From positions 60,935 through 124,934 of IMG/VR virus record IMGVR_UViG_3300020413_000003: a DNA stretch of 64,000 nt. One strand, 5' to 3'. Below are positions 57,739-64,000 of the stretch, piece after piece (positions within the stretch are counted from its first letter, which is position 1; the number at the start of each line of letters is the position of its first letter). Origin of the DNA: a virus (taxonomy: Duplodnaviria > Caudoviricetes). The translations under genes were made by a program, and so were the position numbers. Under the pieces are notes generated by a model that worked only from the letters and a program-made list of their open reading frames with translations, was not told the origin of the DNA and ran no database searches.

Positions 57739-59199
57739 ATGGATCTTACGATCAAAAAGAAGAATGAAGTATATTTAAAAGTTGACGCAGAACCCTCCAC
57801 CCATCAAGAACTAGCAGACTTCTTTACTTTCGATGTCGATAATGCAAAGTATATGCAGAAGAATCGAAGGTATAAAGGATGGGATGGAAAAGTAAGATTA
57901 TATTCTCCTGCTACTGGAGAGATTTATTGTGGTCTATATTCATATCTAATTGACTGGGCAAAGAAGAAGGGATATTCATACGAGATTCAACAGCACGAAC
58001 ACTTTGGTCTTCCATCTGATGAGAACGATCTAATAACTCCTGAGGCTGTTGCGGGGTTTGTGAAGGCACTTTCTCTTCCTGTAAAGGTACGCGACTACCA
58101 ACTGAAAGCAATATACGAATGCCTGAGATACAACAGACGAGTCCTATTGTCGCCAACTGCCAGTGGGAAATCCTTAATGATCTATTCATTGGTTAGGTTT
58201 CATGTAAATGTAAAGAGACAGGTTCTAATTGTAGTTCCCACAACTTCTCTTGTAGAACAAATGTATAAGGACTTTGAGGAGTATGGATGGAAAGCATCTG
58301 CATACTGTCATAAGATATACGGTGGAGAAGATAAGTATACAGATCATCCAGTAACTATTACTACTTGGCAATCCATATACAAAGAACCACGTAAATGGTT
58401 TGAACGCTATGATGTTATTATAGGCGATGAAGCACATTTATTCAAGGCTAAGTCACTGACAAGATTGATGTCTAAGTTACATGACTGTAAGTATAGGTAT
58501 GGATTTACTGGAACATTAGATGGAACTAATGTAAATCAACTAGTATTAGAAGGTGTATTTGGTAGATGTTCTAAGGTAACTAAGACAGAAAGTCTAATGC
58601 AGAAAGGACATCTTGCTAAGTTAAAGATTAATATTATATTATTGAAGCACAACGAAAAAATATTTGAAGGATATCAGGAAGAGATAGAGTACCTGACCGA
58701 ACATGAAAACCGTAATAAGTTTATCCGAAACCTAGCGTCTGATCTACAAGGTAATACTTTAGTGCTATTCAACTACGTAGAAAAGCATGGAGTCCCTTTA
58801 TATGAGATGATAAATAATTATACAGATAAGTCTGTGTATTTGGTTCATGGTGGAGTTGAGACAGAAGATAGGGAAGATATCCGTTTCCTTGTTGAGAGAT
58901 CTGTTGATGGAGAATCTATTATAGTAGCATCTCTAGGAACGTTCTCTACAGGTATCAATATTAAAAATCTACATAATGTTATTTTTGCATCGCCCTCCAA
59001 ATCAAGGATACGCAACCTACAATCTATAGGACGTGTATTAAGGAAAGGAGAAAACAAATCCAAAGCTACTCTATATGATATAGCTGACGATATATCTACA
59101 GATACAGGAAAGAATTATACTCTCCGACATTTGTATGAAAGGATAAAAATTTATAAGGAAGAAAATTTTAAGTATGAAATTGTAGAAGTAACCCTCTAA
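57739..59199 (+). CDS. uvsW: SF2 helicase UvsW
   Basis: WDGKVRL, SPTASGKS, DEAH, TGT, QSIGRVLR. Confidence 0.96.
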   Translation: MDLTIKKKNEVYLKVDAEPSTHQELADFFTFDVDNAKYMQKNRRYKGWDGKVRLYSPATGEIYCGLYSYLIDWAKKKGYSYEIQQHEHFGLPSDENDLITPEAVAGFVKALSLPVKVRDYQLKAIYECLRYNRRVLLSPTASGKSLMIYSLVRFHVNVKRQVLIVVPTTSLVEQMYKDFEEYGWKASAYCHKIYGGEDKYTDHPVTITTWQSIYKEPRKWFERYDVIIGDEAHLFKAKSLTRLMSKLHDCKYRYGFTGTLDGTNVNQLVLEGVFGRCSKVTKTESLMQKGHLAKLKINIILLKHNEKIFEGYQEEIEYLTEHENRNKFIRNLASDLQGNTLVLFNYVEKHGVPLYEMINNYTDKSVYLVHGGVETEDREDIRFLVERSVDGESIIVASLGTFSTGINIKNLHNVIFASPSKSRIRNLQSIGRVLRKGENKSKATLYDIADDISTDTGKNYTLRHLYERIKIYKEENFKYEIVEVTL

Positions 59200-59203
59200 C
59201 CTA

Positions 59204-59671
59204 ATGTCAATAAACTACGCTAAACATGAAGAAGAGTTCTATGGAGTTTTCAAACTCATAAGTGGGGAAGAGGTGCTTGGTCGATCAGTACTTACAGAAG
59301 ATCAAGGTGAGTCATTAGTTTTTATTCAAGACCCAGTTGTAGTTCAACTTATTGATAAACCAGTTGAAGATCAGAAAGTATCTCCGACAGGAGAATATAA
59401 AATAGCACGTGCTATAGGATTTACCAAATGGCAACAACTATCAGATGAAGATTTTTATATTATAAGAGAGAAAGATATAGTTACTATTTCATCTATGAAC
59501 AAAGAAGTCATATTCATGTATGAAGCATTCATCCACGGTGCCGACGGGTTGGGCGAAAAGAAATCTAAGATGAGAACTGAACTCAATAAGACTAGAGGTT
59601 TTATAGGGAAGATAGATGAAGCAAGAAAGAGGTTTGAAAAACTCTTTAAAGAAGATCCAAAATCCCCTTGA
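59204..59671 (+). CDS. Conserved hypothetical protein (Sm-like beta fold predicted)
   Basis: FKLISGEEV motif; usual position between uvsW and gp55. Confidence 0.75.
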   Translation: MSINYAKHEEEFYGVFKLISGEEVLGRSVLTEDQGESLVFIQDPVVVQLIDKPVEDQKVSPTGEYKIARAIGFTKWQQLSDEDFYIIREKDIVTISSMNKEVIFMYEAFIHGADGLGEKKSKMRTELNKTRGFIGKIDEARKRFEKLFKEDPKSP

Positions 59672-59685
59672 ACCCTTACATGGTT

Positions 59686-59714
59686 ATTGTATAGTGATTT
59701 GACACCTTTGTCAA
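59686..59714 (-). promoter_or_regulatory. Overlapping divergent sigma70 promoter (antisense)
   Basis: Minus strand TTGACA (59714-59709), 17-nt spacer, TACAAT (59691-59686). Confidence 0.65.
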
Positions 59715-59727
59715 GCCCTGCTATAAT
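59699..59727 (+). promoter_or_regulatory. Consensus sigma70 promoter for gp55-47-46
   Basis: TTGACA (59699-59704), 17-nt spacer, TATAAT (59722-59727); GGAGG RBS before the ATG at 59751. Confidence 0.9.
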
Positions 59728-59750
59728 AAAACTATTGTCGGAGGACAAAT

Positions 59751-60224
59751 ATGAGGAAGGCGAACCCCAAAAAGAAGCCACATTACGTTGACAATGCTGA
59801 ATTTTTAAATCACATTATCAAATATAAAAGAAAAGTCAAGGAAGCGGAGGAATCTGGCAAGTCCAAACCCCGCGTGAGCAATTATATAGGAAGTTGTTTC
59901 CTTAAAATCGCTACTCACTTGTCGTACAGACCTAATTTCATCAATTACATGTATAAAGATGACATGGTATGTGATGGAATAGAAAATTGTATTCAATATA
60001 TTGATAATTTTGATCCAGAGAAGTCAAGAAATCCTTTTGCATACTTTACACAAATAGTATACTACGCTTTCCTTAGAAGAATTGCAAAAGAGAAACGTCA
60101 AATGGATATTAAAGATAAAATTTTAGAGAAATCAGGCTACGATCATGTATTTTCAGTTGACGGAGACGCAAATCCCGACTATAATCAGATTAAAAGTCGT
60201 GTTGAGATGAACACTAAACGATGA
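59751..60224 (+). CDS. gp55: Late-transcription sigma factor gp55
   Basis: HYVDNAEFL, RPNFINYMYKDDM, NPFAYFTQI...AFLRRI.KEK. Confidence 0.96.
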   Translation: MRKANPKKKPHYVDNAEFLNHIIKYKRKVKEAEESGKSKPRVSNYIGSCFLKIATHLSYRPNFINYMYKDDMVCDGIENCIQYIDNFDPEKSRNPFAYFTQIVYYAFLRRIAKEKRQMDIKDKILEKSGYDHVFSVDGDANPDYNQIKSRVEMNTKR

Positions 60225-61255
60225 AGATCCTTCTAATTACTGATCAGCACTTTGGTGTTCGTAATGATAACGTGTACTTTATAGAACACTATAAAAAGTT
60301 CTATGGTAATGTTGTCATACCTTTTATAGAGAAGTTAGGCATAAAAGAAATAATTAATCTAGGTGATACCTTCGATAAACGTAGATCAATAAATTATATG
60401 TCTCTGGATGAGGCAAAGAAGATGTGGTTTGATCCTATTACAGATCTAGGATGTCATATGACTAGTCTAGTAGGTAACCATGACATATATTATAAGAATA
60501 CACTTAGGATAAATGCTCCAACAGAACTGTTAGGAGAGTATGAAAACTTTGATACAGTAGACAAACCAACTACTATCAACTATGATGGGTTGGATATTCT
60601 TATGTTACCTTGGATATGTGATGACAACTATGACAAAACTCTTAGGGTAATTACTGAGACTGATGCAGAAGTATGCATGGGACACTTAGAACTGAATGGT
60701 TTTGAAGCACATCCTGGTCATGTAATGCAGAATGGAACCGACATGTATGTGTTCCAAAAATTTAAGAAAGTGTTCTCTGGACACTATCATACTAAATCTA
60801 ATATGGAGAATTGCTATTATCTTGGCAATCCATACCAATTATACTGGGGTGATTATGGACAAAGAAGAGGATTCCATGTCTTCGACACAGAAACTTTACG
60901 AACTACTTTTTACAGGAATCCCTATAACACTTTTCATAAGCTTTATTATAATAATAAACTTGTGGCACCGAGTGAAGGCGAACTGGAAGGAACATTCGTA
61001 AAATTAATTGTAGAAGATAAAGGTGACTATGCTAAGTTTGATTATAACGTTAGAAAACTACAAGAGATAGGTCTTGCAGATCTTAAAATTGTAGAAGACC
61101 TTAGTGTTAACCTTGAAGAAGGTGATACTACAGTAGAGACCGAAGATACTTTGACCTTATTGGATAACTACATAGATGAAATTGAAGTAAAAGTAAACAA
61201 AGATAATGTTAAATCAGTTATGAGATCACTTTATATGGAGGCATCAGAGTTATAA
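60221..61255 (+). CDS. gp47: Recombination endonuclease subunit gp47 (Mre11/SbcD-like)
   Basis: TDQHFG, LGDTFD, GNHD, GHLE, SGHYH phosphoesterase motifs. Confidence 0.96.
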   Translation: MKILLITDQHFGVRNDNVYFIEHYKKFYGNVVIPFIEKLGIKEIINLGDTFDKRRSINYMSLDEAKKMWFDPITDLGCHMTSLVGNHDIYYKNTLRINAPTELLGEYENFDTVDKPTTINYDGLDILMLPWICDDNYDKTLRVITETDAEVCMGHLELNGFEAHPGHVMQNGTDMYVFQKFKKVFSGHYHTKSNMENCYYLGNPYQLYWGDYGQRRGFHVFDTETLRTTFYRNPYNTFHKLYYNNKLVAPSEGELEGTFVKLIVEDKGDYAKFDYNVRKLQEIGLADLKIVEDLSVNLEEGDTTVETEDTLTLLDNYIDEIEVKVNKDNVKSVMRSLYMEASEL

Positions 61256-61512
61256 TGTTTATTTTAACTACTTCTAAACAAGGTGGAGTTTATCATGTCA
61301 TGAATAATGACAAGAAAAAAACTGTACAATGTTTTGAAGAAAAAGATGATGCTGATAGATATCTCACATTACTTCAAGCTGAACCTGATTTCCAAGTAGG
61401 TTTAGAAGTTATGGAAGTAGACCCAGATATCGTTGCTCTTAACTGTAGTAACTACGGATATAATTATACCGTTGTAACACCTGATGACTTTGTGATTCCC
61501 CCTATTAAATGA
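61255..61512 (+). CDS. Small hypothetical protein (possibly DUF3110-like)
   Basis: FEEKDDADRY...L, VIPP; translationally coupled on both sides. Confidence 0.7.
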   Translation: MFILTTSKQGGVYHVMNNDKKKTVQCFEEKDDADRYLTLLQAEPDFQVGLEVMEVDPDIVALNCSNYGYNYTVVTPDDFVIPPIK

Positions 61513-63230
61513 TTACCTTTGAAACTTTAAAGTGGAAAAACTTTCTTTCCACTGGTGACCAATGGATTGAAATAAATCTAAATACAACTACATCAACTTT
61601 AATAGTTGGTGCAAATGGAGCAGGTAAATCCACTATGTTGGATGCACTTACTTTTGCTTTATTTAATAAACCTTTTCGTAAAATAAGTAAAGGTCAATTA
61701 GTTAATAGTATTAACGAAAAAGGAACTAAAGTCGAACTGGTATTTACTATAGGGAGGGATGAGTACCGTGTATTCAGAGGAATTAAACCAACTATGTTCG
61801 AGGTTTATAGGAACAATAAGCCACTTGATAAGGATGCTGCAACCAAAGACATGCAGAAATATCTCGAACAAAGCATTCTCAAACTCAACTACAAGTCTTT
61901 CACACAAGTCGTCATCTTGGGTTCATCCACATTTGTCCCCTTCATGCAACTCAAAGCTCCTCACAGGAGAGAAGTTATCGAAGATTTATTGGACATCAAT
62001 ATCTTCTCACAAATGAATCAACTGCTGAAAGACCGAGTTCGATCAGCATCACAGAAAGATAAAGACTGCACACACCTAGTATCACTAGCAGAAGAGAAAG
62101 TATCATCACAAGAAAAATTAATTGATTCTCTTAAAGAAGTCAATTCAGAATTGAAAGAAGTACAACTAAAAAAATTAAATAAAAAGAATCTACAGATCTT
62201 ACAGTTATGTAAGGATAAAGAAGAAAGTGAACATGAACTATCTACTTCTGAAGGAGAGTTAAAAGGATTTGATGAACATAAAAAATCATTACAAGATTTA
62301 CGGTCTACAGAATCTGATCTTAAATCAGAACTAAGAAGAGTTACTAAAGAAACAAAATTCTTTAAGAATAATGATTCATGTCCTACATGTACACAAGTTA
62401 TAAATCCAGAGTTTAAAAAGGATAAGATAGATGTTCTAACTAAAGATGGTGTATCTCTTACAAAGAAAACAAATGAATTTAAAGATCAGATTACTGTTGT
62501 TGTAAAAACTATTGAAGAACTAGAATCTATATCTGAAGAGGTGTATCAACTTCGTAGTCAAATCTCATCTTATGATAGAGATATTATTCGTTTGGAAAAG
62601 GACACACTGACTATTGAACAGGAGTTGGATAAACTAGGACGTGATACTCCTAATATTGATAAAGAGAATCATATTCTAAATGGTCTAACAATGGATCTAG
62701 AAAATACTAGAGACAAGTGTGGTAAGGTGTCTGCTGAGTTAGATGAATATAAAGTAGTATCTAATTTATTAAGAGACTCAGGAATCAAAGCAAAAATTAT
62801 TAAAAAATATATTCCTGTTTTCAATACATTGATTAATAAATATCTGCATAACATGGACACCTTCTTTAATTTTACTCTTGATGAAGAATTCAATGAAGTC
62901 ATTAAGAGTAGATTTAGAGACGAGTTTACTTATTCATCTTTCTCTGAAGGAGAGAAACAGAAGATTGATTTAGCACTTCTCTTTACATGGAGAGAGATTG
63001 CTCGTATGAAAAACTCAGCAGCAACTAATCTTCTTATACTTGATGAAGTATTCGATAGTTCTCTTGATGCATCTGCTGTGAATGATTTGATTAGTATACT
63101 TTTAAAGTTAGGTCAAGATACTAATTTATTTGTCATATCACACAAAGGTGAAATCCTCATAGATAAGTTTAAGAGGACACTAGAGTTTGAAAAAGTAAAT
63201 GATTTCTCAAAGATGTCTGAAGATACCTAA
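61509..63230 (+). CDS. gp46: Recombination ATPase gp46 (Rad50/SbcC-like)
   Basis: GANGAGKST, CPTC hook, FSEGE signature, LILDEVFD, ISH. Confidence 0.97.
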   Translation: MITFETLKWKNFLSTGDQWIEINLNTTTSTLIVGANGAGKSTMLDALTFALFNKPFRKISKGQLVNSINEKGTKVELVFTIGRDEYRVFRGIKPTMFEVYRNNKPLDKDAATKDMQKYLEQSILKLNYKSFTQVVILGSSTFVPFMQLKAPHRREVIEDLLDINIFSQMNQLLKDRVRSASQKDKDCTHLVSLAEEKVSSQEKLIDSLKEVNSELKEVQLKKLNKKNLQILQLCKDKEESEHELSTSEGELKGFDEHKKSLQDLRSTESDLKSELRRVTKETKFFKNNDSCPTCTQVINPEFKKDKIDVLTKDGVSLTKKTNEFKDQITVVVKTIEELESISEEVYQLRSQISSYDRDIIRLEKDTLTIEQELDKLGRDTPNIDKENHILNGLTMDLENTRDKCGKVSAELDEYKVVSNLLRDSGIKAKIIKKYIPVFNTLINKYLHNMDTFFNFTLDEEFNEVIKSRFRDEFTYSSFSEGEKQKIDLALLFTWREIARMKNSAATNLLILDEVFDSSLDASAVNDLISILLKLGQDTNLFVISHKGEILIDKFKRTLEFEKVNDFSKMSEDT

Positions 63231-63236
63231 AAAAAT

Positions 63237-64000
63237 ATGAGTGAATTTGTCACAAGACATATCGGTCCTTCTAAGGATCAACAGACCCAGATGCTAGAGG
63301 ATTTGGGTCTTTCTACTTTGGATGAACTTGTTAGAGAAATAGTTCCTGATTCTATTTTACTTCGTGGTGATTATAAATTACCAGAAGGTTGTAGTGAGTA
63401 TGAAGCATTAGAAGAACTAAAAGAAATAGTTAAAAAGAATCAAGTTAAAAGATCATTGATTGGTAAAGGGTATTACGGTACAATCACACCACCAGTAATA
63501 CAAAGGAATGTATTAGAGAATCCTTCATGGTATACATCATACACACCTTATCAGGCAGAGATATCACAGGGTAGATTAGAAGCATTATTTAATTTTCAGA
63601 CACTAGTAACAGAACTTACTGGACTACCAGTAGCAAATGCATCTTTATTAGATGAAGCAACTGCAGCAGCAGAAGCTATGACGTTAGCATATAATGCAAC
63701 ATCTAATAAGAATGTTTTTCTAGTTGATAATAATATATTTTCTCAGACGTTAGATATACTAAGAACAAGAGCAAAACCTTTAGGTATAAAAGTTCTTCCA
63801 ATAGATTTAGATAAATTTGAACTAGAAGATTTTGATAATGCATTTGGTCTTGTAGTTCAGTTACCTAATAATCATGGTAAGATAAAACATCCTGATGGTT
63901 TACTTAGATGTGCAGAAGTATATAAGTGTATGAAGATTGCTATTGTAGATCCTCTAGCACAGGTGTTGATGCAACCTGTAGGAGAGATGGGATTTGATAT
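63237..64000 (+). CDS. gcvP: Glycine dehydrogenase (decarboxylating), glycine cleavage P protein, 3'-truncated
   Basis: Hand translation: MSEFVTRHIGP...SLIGKGYY...IQRNVLENPSWYTSYTPYQAEISQGRLEALFNFQT...ANASLLDEATAAAEAM; frame open to the window end. Confidence 0.93.
   Translation, partial: MSEFVTRHIGPSKDQQTQMLEDLGLSTLDELVREIVPDSILLRGDYKLPEGCSEYEALEELKEIVKKNQVKRSLIGKGYYGTITPPVIQRNVLENPSWYTSYTPYQAEISQGRLEALFNFQTLVTELTGLPVANASLLDEATAAAEAMTLAYNATSNKNVFLVDNNIFSQTLDILRTRAKPLGIKVLPIDLDKFELEDFDNAFGLVVQLPNNHGKIKHPDGLLRCAEVYKCMKIAIVDPLAQVLMQPVGEMGFD

Noticed and set aside
975-62902. Numerous minus-strand ORFs of 60-182 aa
   Set aside because: Antisense shadows of + strand genes, with no recognisable motifs or expression signals.

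Overview
The window is part of a T4-like marine cyanophage (Kyanoviridae-type myovirus) genome, AT-rich and coded essentially all on the + strand. It contains, in order: a giant gp7-like baseplate wedge protein (>6300 aa, starting before the window), a gp9-like protein, a 1389-aa virion protein, gp8, a 2408-aa VrlC/DUF4815-like protein, a 2345-aa fibre, gp13-gp16, a cluster of small overlapping ORFs with an SNase-like nuclease, gp17-gp23, gp3, uvsY, uvsW, gp55, gp47, gp46 and the 5' part of an auxiliary glycine dehydrogenase (gcvP). Late promoters (NATAAATA/CTAAATA), three intrinsic terminators (two with cUUCGg loops) and a bidirectional sigma70 promoter before gp55 are visible. The main observation is that the repeats in the giant proteins are recursively nested rather than tandem. 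In gp7, a ~100-aa 'FTC...YPR' domain parses like balanced parentheses into a branched tree of 15 copies (depth 7) plus a second tree of 4. The fibre C-terminus is a 5-deep telescoped stack. These parses were done by eye and need structural confirmation.
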